A stretch of DNA of 64,000 bases from Rhodospirillaceae bacterium (GCA_002709075.1 PAPV01000002.1:31098-95097); one strand, 5' to 3'; counted from the first letter of the stretch, positions 10,702-21,680 are shown. Translations and numbers: made by a program. The notes: a model not told the origin generated them from the sequence alone.

Positions 10702-11701
10702 TGGCCACTTTTGGAACCATGGGTCGTAAACCCAGTCGGTCAAACAAAGCTTGGTCCTGCAACATTTGTGGGTTTTCCGTTGTTAGCAGCGAATCGCCGT
10801 AAAAAATTGAATTCGCTCCGGCGAGGAAACAAAGTGCTTGAGTGCTGTCATTCATCTCATTTCGTCCTGCGGATAGTCGAACAATGGAACCTGGCATCAT
10901 TATTCGGCTTACCGCTATTGTACGAATGAATTCAAATGGATCTACATTATTCACATTGGCTAAGGGCGTTCCTGGCGCACGAACAAGCATGTTGATGGGT
11001 ACACTTTCGGGGTGACTGGGCATATTGGCCAGTGTTTTTAGCATACCTGCACGATCTTCTTTAGACTCACCCATGCCGACTATCCCCCCGGCGCAGACGT
11101 TAATTCCTGCTTTTCGGACATGAGAAATTGTATCGATGCGATCATTAAATGTTCTTGTAGAAATTATTTCACTGTAATAATTTTCCGAAGTGTCGATATT
11201 ATGATTATAATAATCCAGTCCTGATTCCTTTAACACTTTTGCTTGATTCTCCTTCAGCATGCCAAGTGTGACACAGGTTTCAAGCCCAATATTCTGAACT
11301 GCCTTTACCATTTTGCAAACTTGGTCTAGGTCCTTATCAGTAGGACGGCGCCATGCTGCTCCCATGCAGAAACGAGTAGCGCCAGCTTCTTTGGCTGCAT
11401 TTGCAGCCTCTAAGACTCTTTCAACTGAAATCAATTTTTCTTTTTCAAGACCAGTATTATAATGGGCACTTTGTGGGCAGTATGCGCAATCCTCAGGACA
11501 AGATCCAGTTTTTATAGATAATAAAGTGCTAATCTGTAATTCATTTGGATTAAAAAATTGGCGATGTAACTTTTGCGCTCGGTAGAGTAAGTCATTAAAA
11601 GGCTGATTAAACAGAGCCTCTGCTTCCTCTTGAGTCCAATTGTGCCGGATCGGATTGGAGGTTGGGCTTGGGAACTCGATATTTAAACTTTTTGTTGCCA
11701 T
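10688..11701 (-). CDS. bioB: biotin synthase
   Basis: Radical-SAM motif CPEDCAYC and BioB length. ATG checked. Confidence 0.9.
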   Translation of the reverse strand: MATKSLNIEFPSPTSNPIRHNWTQEEAEALFNQPFNDLLYRAQKLHRQFFNPNELQISTLLSIKTGSCPEDCAYCPQSAHYNTGLEKEKLISVERVLEAANAAKEAGATRFCMGAAWRRPTDKDLDQVCKMVKAVQNIGLETCVTLGMLKENQAKVLKESGLDYYNHNIDTSENYYSEIISTRTFNDRIDTISHVRKAGINVCAGGIVGMGESKEDRAGMLKTLANMPSHPESVPINMLVRAPGTPLANVNNVDPFEFIRTIAVSRIMMPGSIVRLSAGRNEMNDSTQALCFLAGANSIFYGDSLLTTENPQMLQDQALFDRLGLRPMVPKVANEKD

Positions 11702-11793
11702 GTGTCGTTTTCCAATTCTTACCCTATACTAAGGTGTCTCCACGGATCGGCAAGGTTGAAGATCCAAACATATTGCAGAACTCGGTGTCTTAA

Positions 11794-12948
11794 ATGTATT
11801 CTATAGATGATTTTGCTGAATTGAAATTACAAGAATTAGAAAAAAAGTCGTTGCGTCGCCGGCTTGCCTCCACTGCACGTCGGGATAGAGGTACTACGGA
11901 GCGTGATGGTAAATCATTAATTTCCTTCTGTTGCAATGATTATTTAGGCCTATCAAAACATCCTCAGGTAAAAAAAGACGCCATAGATGCATTATCTAAT
12001 TATGGTGTGGGAGCAGGCGCGTCGCGTTTAGTGACTGGAAATCACCCGCTGTATGAAAGTCTTGAGAGGGGTCTAGCTGAAATCAAGAGCACAGAAGCGG
12101 CAACGGTTTTCGGCAGCGGTTATCTTTCTAACCTCGGAATAATTCCATCCTTTATGGGCTCTAATGATCTTTGCATTGGTGATGAGCTTTGTCATTCTAG
12201 TTTGCATGCTGGAATGCAGTCGTCTCGGGCAAAAGTTCAACTTTTTAGGCATAATGATATGGAGAATTGTAAATCAATATTAACTAGTCTTCGTGGTTCT
12301 TATGAAAAATGTCTGTTGATTACAGAAGGAGTTTTTAGTATGGACGGTGATCGTGCGCCGCTTCTAAATCTTTGCAATTTGGCTGATGAATTTGACTCTT
12401 GGCTATTCGTTGATGACGCGCATGGTTTTGGAGTCTTAGGAAATGGTGCCGGAAGTGCCGCGGAGGCGGGTGTGGGGTCGCGAGTGGACCTGCAAATGGG
12501 CACACTCTCGAAATCAGTTGGTTCGTACGGCGGCTTTCTATGTGGGTCTCAACCCGTTTGCAACCTTGCAGTTAACCGCGCTCGCACACTAATTTATGAG
12601 ACCGGACTGCCGCCTGCATCCGTTGCCGCCTCATTAGCTTCGTTAAAACTGATCAAGAATGATTCAGGGTTGGTTTCTAGACCTTTGAAAAAGGCCCGTT
12701 ATTTTACCAATCAACTTAGTCTGCCTGAAGCACAAAGCGCAATTGTTCCCCTTATTTTAGGCCAGCCCAAAGATACGCTTGCTGCATCGGCTCAGTTAAT
12801 GGAAGAAGGTTTTTTGGTTACACCAATTCGTCCGCCAACGGTTCCGGCAGGAACATCACGGTTACGTTTTACTTTTTGTGCTGATCAGCCTGATGAGGAT
12901 ATAGAGATGCTAATTCAATGCATTCGTAAGCTAGGAATTGCCGGTTGA
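11794..12948 (+). CDS. bioF: 8-amino-7-oxononanoate synthase
   Basis: Alpha-oxoamine synthase family with a PLP lysine region (TLSKSVGSYGG). Divergent from bioBA, 92 bp apart. Confidence 0.85.
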   Translation: MYSIDDFAELKLQELEKKSLRRRLASTARRDRGTTERDGKSLISFCCNDYLGLSKHPQVKKDAIDALSNYGVGAGASRLVTGNHPLYESLERGLAEIKSTEAATVFGSGYLSNLGIIPSFMGSNDLCIGDELCHSSLHAGMQSSRAKVQLFRHNDMENCKSILTSLRGSYEKCLLITEGVFSMDGDRAPLLNLCNLADEFDSWLFVDDAHGFGVLGNGAGSAAEAGVGSRVDLQMGTLSKSVGSYGGFLCGSQPVCNLAVNRARTLIYETGLPPASVAASLASLKLIKNDSGLVSRPLKKARYFTNQLSLPEAQSAIVPLILGQPKDTLAASAQLMEEGFLVTPIRPPTVPAGTSRLRFTFCADQPDEDIEMLIQCIRKLGIAG

Positions 12949-13598
12949 AAAAATATTTTGTTACGGGCACAGGAACAGGCATAGGAAAAACCTATGTAAC
13001 TTGTCAATTAATCAGAGCATTAAAGAAAAGAGGATTCTCTGTATCTGCAACTAAGCCTATTATAAGTGGATACGATAAATCTGTTCTAACTGAGAGTGAC
13101 ACTGGACTAATTTTATCTGCGTTAAATCTAACTTTGACTCAAAATAATATTTCGAAGATTTCACCTTATCGCTTCAGTGAACCTTTATCTCCTGACATGG
13201 CAGCAGCCAGAGAAAATCGTAAGATTAATTTTAATAAACTTGTTGATTTCTCTCTAGATGTGGATTTCGGAAAAGATTTTCACTTTATTGAGGGTGTAGG
13301 CGGTATTCTCGTGCCATTAACTAAAAACAAAACAGTCCTTGATTGGATTAACACAGTAAATTTTTCCGTAATTCTTGTGGCGGGAAGTTATCTTGGTACC
13401 TTAAGCCATACACTCTCTGCATTACATGTATTAAATGCTTCTGGCGCAAAAGTTGTTGTCGTGGTAAGCGAATCTGAAGAACAACCTGTTCCATTATTAG
13501 AAACAGTCAATACTCTCAAACGTTTTTGCAACCCTGTGCCTGTTTTAGGTTTGTCAAGATTTGAGAACGCAAGGACTATTATCAGTCTAATCACTTAG
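12945..13598 (+). CDS. bioD: dethiobiotin synthetase
   Basis: N-terminus FVTGTGTGIGKT (P-loop of BioD). The TTG start overlaps the bioF stop (GTTGA). Confidence 0.85.
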   Translation: MKKYFVTGTGTGIGKTYVTCQLIRALKKRGFSVSATKPIISGYDKSVLTESDTGLILSALNLTLTQNNISKISPYRFSEPLSPDMAAARENRKINFNKLVDFSLDVDFGKDFHFIEGVGGILVPLTKNKTVLDWINTVNFSVILVAGSYLGTLSHTLSALHVLNASGAKVVVVVSESEEQPVPLLETVNTLKRFCNPVPVLGLSRFENARTIISLIT

Positions 13599-14436
13599 TT
13601 TTATTTTGAGCAAGTTGTTTATCAATCCAATTCGAAATTGTGGAAACAGCTACGTCTTCAACCCCCAGATAACCATGATAGGATAGCCCTCCACATATTC
13701 TTCCATCTCCGCTATGCCCCCCTTTAATTAATACCTTTTGTAAAGAGGATACGCTCGTAAGAGTTTTTTCTAACATTGTAACGCCGGTTGTAGGGGCTAC
13801 AATGCACTGATCGTCCACATGATGCATTAATAAAGTTGGACTGATGATGTTACTAAGTTCAGCATCGAAAATTGTAGGTCGATTGCGATAAGATTTTCTT
13901 GTAACAGAGGCACTAAATACCACTCCTGCCACTGAGAGACGGCTTGCCAAGGCGGCAACCGCTATACTGCCCCGGCTTGTTCCGACAAGAAAAATCGGCC
14001 GGTTTGTTCGTTTTCTTATCCACCGGAGAACCTCACGTATATGTATTGCATAATCATTCGTGGTCCGATAACCAATAATTCCACGTTTTGATTTGATCGT
14101 AGGCGCGCCGACAATAACCGTAAGATACCCCTTGTTAGCAAATGATTGTCTTGAACGTATCAGAAAGTTTTTTGAACTGATTGGACTTTGTCGTCTGAAT
14201 TTTAGTATTCCGCGCCCCCCAGAAAAAAGCACAACTGCAGCTTTTATTATTTGCGTCGGCGCTAGAGCCATTATTTTTAAGCCAGATTTTTTCTCATTTT
14301 CGATGTTAGTTACTACGAGAAAGTGAATATTTTCCTGAATAGTAATTGCCCTAGTACCCGGCGCCAGTAAAAGAAACATCAACATCATAAAATTAAAATA
14401 TGATAGAGTTTTCATCATGCTTTTGTTGGCAAACAT
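13591..14436 (-). CDS. secreted alpha/beta-fold hydrolase
   Basis: N-terminal signal peptide (…LLLAPGTRA) and a GTSRGS nucleophile elbow (GxSxG). Tail-to-tail 8-nt overlap with bioD. Confidence 0.6.
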   Translation of the reverse strand: MFANKSMMKTLSYFNFMMLMFLLLAPGTRAITIQENIHFLVVTNIENEKKSGLKIMALAPTQIIKAAVVLFSGGRGILKFRRQSPISSKNFLIRSRQSFANKGYLTVIVGAPTIKSKRGIIGYRTTNDYAIHIREVLRWIRKRTNRPIFLVGTSRGSIAVAALASRLSVAGVVFSASVTRKSYRNRPTIFDAELSNIISPTLLMHHVDDQCIVAPTTGVTMLEKTLTSVSSLQKVLIKGGHSGDGRICGGLSYHGYLGVEDVAVSTISNWIDKQLAQNKTK

Positions 14437-14533
14437 TTAAGATATCGTTATAATCGAAATTAGGCAGAAAGATAAACCTATATAAAACGCATTAATACTA
14501 AATAAATCAAACTCAATTGTAGAATGTTTTAGA

Positions 14534-15709
14534 ATGAAGATCGCGGTAATAAAGGAACGTAGACCAAATGAAGCGCGCGTAGCTACATCTCCGGATGTTG
14601 TTAAGAGATTTAAAAAGCTTGGTTTCGACGTGTCTATTGAGACTGGAGCTGGATTGGGAGCTTCTATTGTTGATCAGGCGTTTATTGATGCTGGTGCTAC
14701 GATTGCAGATGAAGCAGAGTCTGCAGTTAAAAATGCTAACATAGTTTTGAAAGTGCAACGACCCCTTTCAGCAGAGGAGGGTGGGATAGATGAAATTGAG
14801 CTCTTAGAGCCAGGAATGATTCTCGTGGGCACAATGCAAAGTCTCTCTCATCCAGATCAGGCCAAGAAATTAGCAGAGTCCAAAATTACTGTATTCGCGA
14901 TGGAGTTACTTCCACGCATTTCGCGTGCGCAATCAATGGATGTTTTGTCTTCCCAGTCAAGTCTTGCGGGATATAAGGCAGTTTTAGATGCGTGCAATGA
15001 ATATACTCGCGCATTTCCTATGATGATGACAGCGGCTGGAACTATCCCGCCAGCTCGAGTTTTAGTTCTTGGTGCTGGTGTGGCAGGGCTCCAAGCAGTT
15101 GCGACTGCAAAGCGTTTGGGGGCTGTTGTTCATGCTTACGATGTTCGTCCAGCTGTAAAGGAACAGGTTGAAAGTCTTGGTGCCAAATTCGTTGAAGTTG
15201 ATACTGCGGCGGCGGCGGATGCTGAGACATCCGGTGGTTATGCAAAAGAAATGGCAGAAGATTATAAGGTAAAGCAAGATCAAGTACTAGCTGATGTTGT
15301 AGCAAACACTGATATTGTAATATGCACAGCGCTTATCCCCGGACGCCCCGCACCTGTTCTTGTGACACCAGAAATGGTGCGAAACATGAAATCAGGATCA
15401 GTGATTGTCGACCTCGCTGTTGAACAGGGTGGAAATTGTCCATTGAGTGAATTAGGCAAGGTAGTTGAGAAAGAGGGTGTAATTTTAGTGGGGCATGCGA
15501 ATGTGCCAAGCCGCATCGCAACCGACGCCAGTGCGATGTATGCTAAAAACTTATATAACTTCATCGAGCCGATGGTTAATGCAGAAACTAAAGACCTGAG
15601 TATCAATTGGGAGGATGAAATTATTAGTGGAAGCCTTATATCACGTGATGGTAGTATCGTTCATCCCATGCTTAGGTTGGATATTGATAATGAGGAAAGA
15701 GGGAAATAG
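14534..15709 (+). CDS. pntAA: NAD(P) transhydrogenase subunit alpha part 1 (dI domain)
   Basis: Alanine-dehydrogenase/PNT N- and C-domains, with the NAD-binding motif LVLGAGVAGLQA. Confidence 0.9.
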   Translation: MKIAVIKERRPNEARVATSPDVVKRFKKLGFDVSIETGAGLGASIVDQAFIDAGATIADEAESAVKNANIVLKVQRPLSAEEGGIDEIELLEPGMILVGTMQSLSHPDQAKKLAESKITVFAMELLPRISRAQSMDVLSSQSSLAGYKAVLDACNEYTRAFPMMMTAAGTIPPARVLVLGAGVAGLQAVATAKRLGAVVHAYDVRPAVKEQVESLGAKFVEVDTAAAADAETSGGYAKEMAEDYKVKQDQVLADVVANTDIVICTALIPGRPAPVLVTPEMVRNMKSGSVIVDLAVEQGGNCPLSELGKVVEKEGVILVGHANVPSRIATDASAMYAKNLYNFIEPMVNAETKDLSINWEDEIISGSLISRDGSIVHPMLRLDIDNEERGK

Positions 15710-15715
15710 AAGCTA

Positions 15716-16051
15716 ATGAAAATGGAGAAAATAGCAGGTGTCATGGAAACTGCTAACGCTTCGCACGGAGGCGATGAGTTAATGCTTATGGTGACAGTTT
15801 TTGTTCTGGCAATCTTCGTAGGGTATTATGTCGTATGGAACGTGACTCCGGCGCTTCATTCGCCCCTGATGAGCGTAACTAATGCGATTTCTTCTGTAAT
15901 AATTGTTGGGGCACTTATAGCGTCTGGTCCATTAGAGATTCATTTGTCTAAAATTATGGGTTTTTTTGCTGTAATACTCGCCAGCATAAACATTTTTGGC
16001 GGCTTTTTCGTTTCTCAGCGAATGCTCCAAATGTACAAGAAAAAGAGTTAG
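15716..16051 (+). CDS. pntAB: NAD(P) transhydrogenase subunit alpha part 2 (membrane)
   Basis: 111-aa protein with 3-4 TM helices immediately after pntAA. This is the split alpha arrangement typical of alphaproteobacteria. Confidence 0.85.
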   Translation: MKMEKIAGVMETANASHGGDELMLMVTVFVLAIFVGYYVVWNVTPALHSPLMSVTNAISSVIIVGALIASGPLEIHLSKIMGFFAVILASINIFGGFFVSQRMLQMYKKKS

Positions 16052-16060
16052 GAGGATTTT

Positions 16061-17452
16061 TTGAGTGAAAACCTCACAGCTTTAGCCTATCTGATTGCTG
16101 CAATTTGTTTCATTTCGGCATTACGCGGTTTGTCGTCTCCTGAGACGGCTAGAAAAGGAAACTTAATTGGTATTGCCGGCATGGTAATTGCCATCGCAAC
16201 TACACTGGCATCCCCAAATGTGTTGTCTTATAGTTGGATTGCGGCAGGTATTTTAATTGGTGGCGCAATAGGCACTGTAATTGCACTGAAAATTCAGATG
16301 ACTGCTTTACCTCAGCTTGTTGCGGCTTTTCACAGCTTGGTCGGATTAGCAGCTGTTTTTGTCGCAAGCGCGGCGCTTTTTGCGCCGGAGGCCTATGGGA
16401 TTGGGACCGTTGGTAACATCAAAACGGTGAGTTTAGTTGAAATGTCAATTGGAACCGCAATCGGTGCAATTACCTTCACCGGATCTATTATCGCGTTCGC
16501 TAAGCTTCAGGGTATACTTTCTGGGACCCCTCTAGTGTTTACGGGACAACATTTTCTGAATGCGATTATTGGTTTATCAACTATTGCATTAGTTGTGTGG
16601 TTTTCAACCAGTGAGGCATATTGGGCCTATTGGATGATTGTCGCGCTAGCGCTTGTCTTAGGGTTTTTAATCATACTCCCAATTGGTGGAGCCGATATGC
16701 CGGTAGTGGTTTCAATGCTTAATTCTTACTCAGGATGGGCAGCATGCGGTATTGGATTTACCCTAGGCAATACACTTCTCATTATAACAGGAGCATTAGT
16801 TGGTTCGTCAGGCGCAATTCTAAGTTATATAATGTGCAAAGGTATGAACCGATCCTTTATTTCAGTTATTCTTGGTGGTTTTGGAGGAGGAGAAGAAGTT
16901 AATGCAGCGCAAACTACCGGTGACCGGACGGTTCGGCGGGGGTCGGCAGAGGATGCGGCATTTATAATGAAGAATGCTGGCAAGGTTATAATTGTTCCTG
17001 GATATGGTATGGCAGTAGCTCAGGCGCAGCATTCGGTGCGTGAAATGGCGGATTCTTTGAAGGCTGCAGGCGTAGATGTCGCCTATGCAATACACCCCGT
17101 TGCAGGTCGAATGCCAGGACATATGAATGTGCTTTTAGCGGAAGCAAATGTTCCATACGATGAGGTTTTCGAACTCGAAGAAATTAATCATGAGTTTACT
17201 ACAGCTGATGTAGCATATGTTATCGGAGCAAATGATGTAACCAATCCAGCCGCTAAGAATGATGCGGCTAGCCCAATATTTGGAATGCCGATCCTTGATG
17301 TTGAGAAGGCACAGACTGTTCTGTTTGTAAAGCGGTCTATGGGAGCAGGCTATGCTGGAGTTGATAACGAACTGTTTTTCCGAGACAATACAATGATGCT
17401 ATTTGGTGATGCAAAAAAAATGACTGAAGAGATAATTCAGTCGCTTGATTGA
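16061..17452 (+). CDS. pntB: NAD(P) transhydrogenase subunit beta
   Basis: Membrane N-terminal half plus a C-terminal dIII NADP(H) domain with conserved GYGMAVAQAQ. Confidence 0.9.
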   Translation: MSENLTALAYLIAAICFISALRGLSSPETARKGNLIGIAGMVIAIATTLASPNVLSYSWIAAGILIGGAIGTVIALKIQMTALPQLVAAFHSLVGLAAVFVASAALFAPEAYGIGTVGNIKTVSLVEMSIGTAIGAITFTGSIIAFAKLQGILSGTPLVFTGQHFLNAIIGLSTIALVVWFSTSEAYWAYWMIVALALVLGFLIILPIGGADMPVVVSMLNSYSGWAACGIGFTLGNTLLIITGALVGSSGAILSYIMCKGMNRSFISVILGGFGGGEEVNAAQTTGDRTVRRGSAEDAAFIMKNAGKVIIVPGYGMAVAQAQHSVREMADSLKAAGVDVAYAIHPVAGRMPGHMNVLLAEANVPYDEVFELEEINHEFTTADVAYVIGANDVTNPAAKNDAASPIFGMPILDVEKAQTVLFVKRSMGAGYAGVDNELFFRDNTMMLFGDAKKMTEEIIQSLD

Positions 17453-17493
17453 AAATTCTGCTTTCTTTTAATTCCTGATTTTCGACTCGTACT

Positions 17494-18033
17494 ATGACAT
17501 TATTGAAAATTGCTAAAATGGGTGATCCGGTCCTATCCGAGGTCTCAAATGTAGTTGACGATCCTACTTCAGAGCCAGTAAAAAAACTGTTGAAAGATAT
17601 GCATGATACTATGTTTGATGCTGATGGGACCGGCCTAGCCGCACCTCAGGTGCATTCGGGAAAACGAGTTATAATGTTTATGGCTCAAAATAGTAATCAA
17701 AAAAATGAAAAGAATATTGATACAGATTTTGCCCCTCTGACTTCATTAATTAACCCATCTTGGAAACCTCTTTCTGAAGCAATGGAAATTGGTTGGGAAG
17801 GGTGTCTTTCTATACCAGGTCTCACCGGGGCTGTTCCGCGATATGTTAATATCAAATATCAAGGTTATCTTGTGGATGGTACGATTTTAGAACGTCAGGC
17901 TACGGGATTCCATGCACGTGTGTTTCAGCATGAGTATGACCACTTAGATGGTGTATTATATCCCCAGAGAATGGAAAATCTTAAACATTTGGTATTTACT
18001 GATGAGGCAATGCGTCACGGGCTGCCCTCATAA
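17494..18033 (+). CDS. def: peptide deformylase
   Basis: All three PDF motifs are present: GxGLAAPQ, EGCLS and QHEYDHLDG. Confidence 0.9.
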   Translation: MTLLKIAKMGDPVLSEVSNVVDDPTSEPVKKLLKDMHDTMFDADGTGLAAPQVHSGKRVIMFMAQNSNQKNEKNIDTDFAPLTSLINPSWKPLSEAMEIGWEGCLSIPGLTGAVPRYVNIKYQGYLVDGTILERQATGFHARVFQHEYDHLDGVLYPQRMENLKHLVFTDEAMRHGLPS

Positions 18034-18064
18034 AGGCAAACCTGCAGAATAGGGAGGGATCATT

Positions 18065-18709
18065 TTGGAGAGGCGAACTGAACTTCGAACAAAACTACTT
18101 TTGGCAGCTTTGAGACACGTTACTTTTGATGGTTGGACTGATGTAGCGTTTCATAGAGCCATATCAGATTTGGGTTGGAGCATAGAAGAATATGACCGTC
18201 TTTTCCCATCCGGTCCGCCAGAAGCTGGCATTTTACTTTTTCAGTTAGCTGATCTTTCGATGAGCTCGGCGCTAACTCAAAAACAGTCTGCTGATTTCCG
18301 GACCCGCGATCGTGTTTCATTGGCATTGAGAATTTGGTTGACATTTTTAAACCCATACAAAGATGCCGTTCGTAGACTGGTGCCCTTTATGTCTCTCTCA
18401 GGAAATAATCTGCTTGGTTTGGAATGTCTTTATCATACTGTTGATACCATCTGGTATTCTGCTGGGGACAAATCTACTGACTTTAATTTTTATACCAAGC
18501 GAGCTTTATTAGCGAGTGTTTTATCATCCTCGATACTTTTTTGGCTGAATGATAATTCATTTGAATCAGAAGATACTTGGGGGTTTATTGATCGCCGGAT
18601 AGAAAATATTATGAGTCTTCAAAAATTACGCACCAAAGTGGATGGACTTTGCTCTCGCCTTCCAGATTTAAGCAGTTTACTGAGGGTAATCCGACCCATT
18701 AACCGATAA
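18065..18709 (+). CDS. COQ9-family protein (ubiquinone biosynthesis accessory, bacterial homolog)
   Basis: Helical 214-aa protein with an N-terminal TetR-like fold, characteristic of bacterial COQ9 / 'rpsU-divergently-transcribed' family members. TTG start. Confidence 0.55.
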   Translation: MERRTELRTKLLLAALRHVTFDGWTDVAFHRAISDLGWSIEEYDRLFPSGPPEAGILLFQLADLSMSSALTQKQSADFRTRDRVSLALRIWLTFLNPYKDAVRRLVPFMSLSGNNLLGLECLYHTVDTIWYSAGDKSTDFNFYTKRALLASVLSSSILFWLNDNSFESEDTWGFIDRRIENIMSLQKLRTKVDGLCSRLPDLSSLLRVIRPINR

Positions 18710-19835
18710 AAAATGTAGCCGCAGAGATACTTTTTCTATTCCACTGAGATGTCAGCGGAACTAAACGTGTAACATGGCCCATTTTTCTACCTGATCTGAT
18801 GTCTTTTTTTCCGTAGAGATGTAATTTGTTTTCCGGTTCACTTATAATCTGTTTCCAATTTTCTACATCATCACCGATCAAGTTTCGCATTACAGCATTA
18901 GAGTGTCGCTGCGTTTTCCCAAGTGGCAAACCACATACAGCCCGAACCATTTGTTCAAACTGATTAGTATGGCATGCATCAATTGTCCAATGCCCAGAAT
19001 TGTGGGGGCGCGGAGCAATTTCATTAACCAAAATCCTTCCTCCTTGTAAAACAAACATTTCTACAGCAATGAGTCCAACGAGGGATAGCGAATTAGCCAC
19101 TTTCTCGGCTATCTTTACGGCGCGTTCTGCTGTTCCCTTATCTATTGCTGCTGGAGCAATGGTGATATCTAACACATGGTTCTTGTGCTGGTTTTCAACA
19201 ACATCAAAACAACAGGTTTGCCCGGTGCATGAACGGGCAACTAATACTGATATTTCACATTTAAAATCGATTAATTCCTCAACGATTGCAAGCTTATGGT
19301 CTACTGCGCCCCATGCTTTGTCGAGATCAGCTTTGCCATAAAATGTTATCTGGCCCTTACCGTCGTACCCGAATCTAGCGGTTTTAAAGACACCGTTTTG
19401 TCCTAATTTTTTTATTGCTTCCGATGGATGATTTCTTTTACTTAACTCAGCCCAAGCTGCAGTTTCAATACCATTTTTGTTAAGAAACTCCTTTTCATAT
19501 ATACGGTTTTGGGAAATAAAAAGAATTTCTGGACTGGGCCTTACCAGTATTCTTGAAGAAAGGTATTCAGCCGCTTTGGCAGGGATATTTTCGAATTCGA
19601 AAGTGACTACGTCTACCATCGAAATGAATTTTTCAAGATAACCCTGGTCTTCATAATCTGCAATTATACTGTCAAGGCACACCTGAACTGCCGGCTCCTC
19701 TCTAGATTCACAATAAATCACTGCTTTATAGCCTAATTGGGAAGCTGCTACAGCGATCATTCGTCCAAGTTGCCCTCCCCCCATGATACCAATTGTTGAT
19801 CCAGGCGGTATTTTGTAGAGATCACTTGTTTTCAT
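18699..19835 (-). CDS. purK: N5-carboxyaminoimidazole ribonucleotide synthase
   Basis: ATP-grasp enzyme with N-terminus [12 protein letters not shown]. Its start overlaps the purE stop by 4 nt. Confidence 0.9.
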   Translation of the reverse strand: MKTSDLYKIPPGSTIGIMGGGQLGRMIAVAASQLGYKAVIYCESREEPAVQVCLDSIIADYEDQGYLEKFISMVDVVTFEFENIPAKAAEYLSSRILVRPSPEILFISQNRIYEKEFLNKNGIETAAWAELSKRNHPSEAIKKLGQNGVFKTARFGYDGKGQITFYGKADLDKAWGAVDHKLAIVEELIDFKCEISVLVARSCTGQTCCFDVVENQHKNHVLDITIAPAAIDKGTAERAVKIAEKVANSLSLVGLIAVEMFVLQGGRILVNEIAPRPHNSGHWTIDACHTNQFEQMVRAVCGLPLGKTQRHSNAVMRNLIGDDVENWKQIISEPENKLHLYGKKDIRSGRKMGHVTRLVPLTSQWNRKSISAATFFIG

Positions 19836-20335
19836 TTGTTTCTATCCGGTTCTTCTGCAACTGTTTGTGTCTGCATAAGACGCCATTTGTCTAGGGCTTC
19901 TCTAATTTTTGGATTTGTGCTCGCAAGAATTGCAGCTGATAATAGTGCTGCGTTGATCGCCCCTGATTGCCCAATGGAGAGTGTTCCTACTGGAATTCCT
20001 GCTGGCATCTGACATATTGATAACAGGCTATCTATACCTTTCAAAGCATGACTTTCAATGGGAACGCCGAGTATGGGAAGTGTTGTCATTGCTGCCATCA
20101 TTCCTGGCAGATGTGCAGCACCACCAGCACCAGCGATAATAACTTTAAGCCCTCTAGTGCGTGCGGTTTTCGCATAATCTGTTAAACGTTCTGGGGTTCT
20201 GTGCGCAGACACTATTTTAGTTTCATGTGAAATATTGAGCTTAATTAATATTTCCTCGGCATGTTTCATGGTTTTCCAATCAGACTGACTTCCCATCACA
20301 AGTCCGACTAGCGGCGACTCCGGTAATTTAGGCAT
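19832..20335 (-). CDS. purE: N5-CAIR mutase
   Basis: Conserved motifs [10 protein letters not shown] and [10 protein letters not shown]. Confidence 0.9.
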   Translation of the reverse strand: MPKLPESPLVGLVMGSQSDWKTMKHAEEILIKLNISHETKIVSAHRTPERLTDYAKTARTRGLKVIIAGAGGAAHLPGMMAAMTTLPILGVPIESHALKGIDSLLSICQMPAGIPVGTLSIGQSGAINAALLSAAILASTNPKIREALDKWRLMQTQTVAEEPDRNK

Positions 20336-20579
20336 TTTTTTCTCCGGACTTCAAATACTGTATATTATAGTCCTGTGGTGTTAAGCTGCAAAGCGTAGTG
20401 TTTTAATTTAAGTGCAATAGTCGACAGATTGTGCGTATACACACCGATTTTCATGGAAAAAAATTACATAAACGTATAAAAACGATTATTCATCTATAGA
20501 TATACACCTAAGATACATAGACTCTGTAATACAGGTCTTCTAATTATTTGGTTTCTTTTTACGGGTTATATAGTGAAGG

Positions 20580-20780
20580 CTATGCTATGTTGTCGGGTAT
20601 TAATCCTGACCTAAGGGTCTTAATTTCATCTTTTAACTTTAATTTATTTTTTTTTAGACGTTGTATTTCAATGTGGTTGTGTTTTCCATTCATTATAAAA
20701 TTATTAATTGCAGTTTTTAATTCCGCGTGTTCAATCTCAGCTTCTTTAAGCCTTTGTATAATTTCAAATTTTTTTAGCAT
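20580..20780 (-). CDS. DUF465 (YdcH-like) small coiled-coil protein
   Basis: 66 aa with a pattern resembling DUF465 (LKxEHxxLDxxIxxLxxxxxxDxxxIxxLKKxKLxLKDEI). Lies in an AT-rich intergenic region. Confidence 0.5.
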   Translation of the reverse strand: MLKKFEIIQRLKEAEIEHAELKTAINNFIMNGKHNHIEIQRLKKNKLKLKDEIKTLRSGLIPDNIA

Positions 20781-20900
20781 TCCGTTTGGTTACAGATCTT
20801 CTAATTGGCCGTTAAGACGATTTGTACAAAATCGAAAGATTTTTTTCAATTTAATATTTTACAATTGCAATCCCAGAACAGAGTATAACAGTTTACAAGG

Positions 20901-21680
20901 CTAGAATACATCTTTGCGGTTTCTGATTTCAGCAAATACGGAAACTGCATCATTCGGTTTTAACGACACCGCTTTCGCAACCTCAAAGCGATCGCATCGT
21001 AAGAATGGATTAGTTTTTTTCTCTTCACCCAGAAATGAAGGTACAGTGGGCTTATTTTCAGCGCGTAAGGCATCAATATTTTTTACCCTTTTTTTCAAGT
21101 TCTGATTCCCTGTTTCAATGGTAACAGCAAATCTTGCATTGGATTGCGTGTATTCGTGACCACAAAAAACTTGGGTGTCATCAGGTAAGTCACGTAACTT
21201 TTTCAAGCTAGTCCACATTTGTTCTGGTGTACCTTCAAAAATACGTCCACATCCTAGAGCAAATAGTGTGTCCCCGCAAAATAATGCTTTGGTTTCTTCA
21301 AACCAAAATGCGATATGGCCACTAGTATGACCGGGTGTATCGAAAACTTTTGCATTCGCATTACCCAAGCTAAACAGGTCACCATCCCCAACTTTTATGT
21401 CAATTCCAGCTATTCGGGATTGATCCGCCAATGGTCCCACAACAGAGCATTTATATTTTGTTTTTAATTCCAAATTGCCACCAGTATGGTCATTATGATG
21501 ATGGGTGTTAATTATATCAGTCAAGGTCCAACCGAGGTTATCAAGTGCATTTGCAATAGGTTGAAAGTCTGATGGGTCGACAGCAGCTACGCGGTTTTGA
21601 ATTGGGTCCCGTAATAAATAAACATAATTATCTTCGCGAGTAGCAATTTGCTTTATCTCAAGTATTGACATTGAATGCAT
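20901..21680 (-). CDS. gloB: hydroxyacylglutathione hydrolase (glyoxalase II)
   Basis: Metallo-beta-lactamase motif HHHNDHTGG, GloB length, and N-terminus LEIKQI...DNYVYLL. Confidence 0.85.
   Translation of the reverse strand: MHSMSILEIKQIATREDNYVYLLRDPIQNRVAAVDPSDFQPIANALDNLGWTLTDIINTHHHNDHTGGNLELKTKYKCSVVGPLADQSRIAGIDIKVGDGDLFSLGNANAKVFDTPGHTSGHIAFWFEETKALFCGDTLFALGCGRIFEGTPEQMWTSLKKLRDLPDDTQVFCGHEYTQSNARFAVTIETGNQNLKKRVKNIDALRAENKPTVPSFLGEEKKTNPFLRCDRFEVAKAVSLKPNDAVSVFAEIRNRKDVF

Noticed and set aside
15042-15606. Several antisense ORFs (Gln/Pro/His-rich, 60-108 aa) within pntAA
   Set aside because: Low-complexity reverse frames of a conserved gene, not independent genes.
20518-20536. 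CTGTAaTACAG inverted repeat (looks like a LexA CTGT…ACAG box)
   Set aside because: Spacing is far too short for the gammaproteobacterial LexA box, and alphaproteobacterial LexA uses GAAC-N7-GAAC direct repeats. More likely a weak terminator stem for the DUF465 gene.
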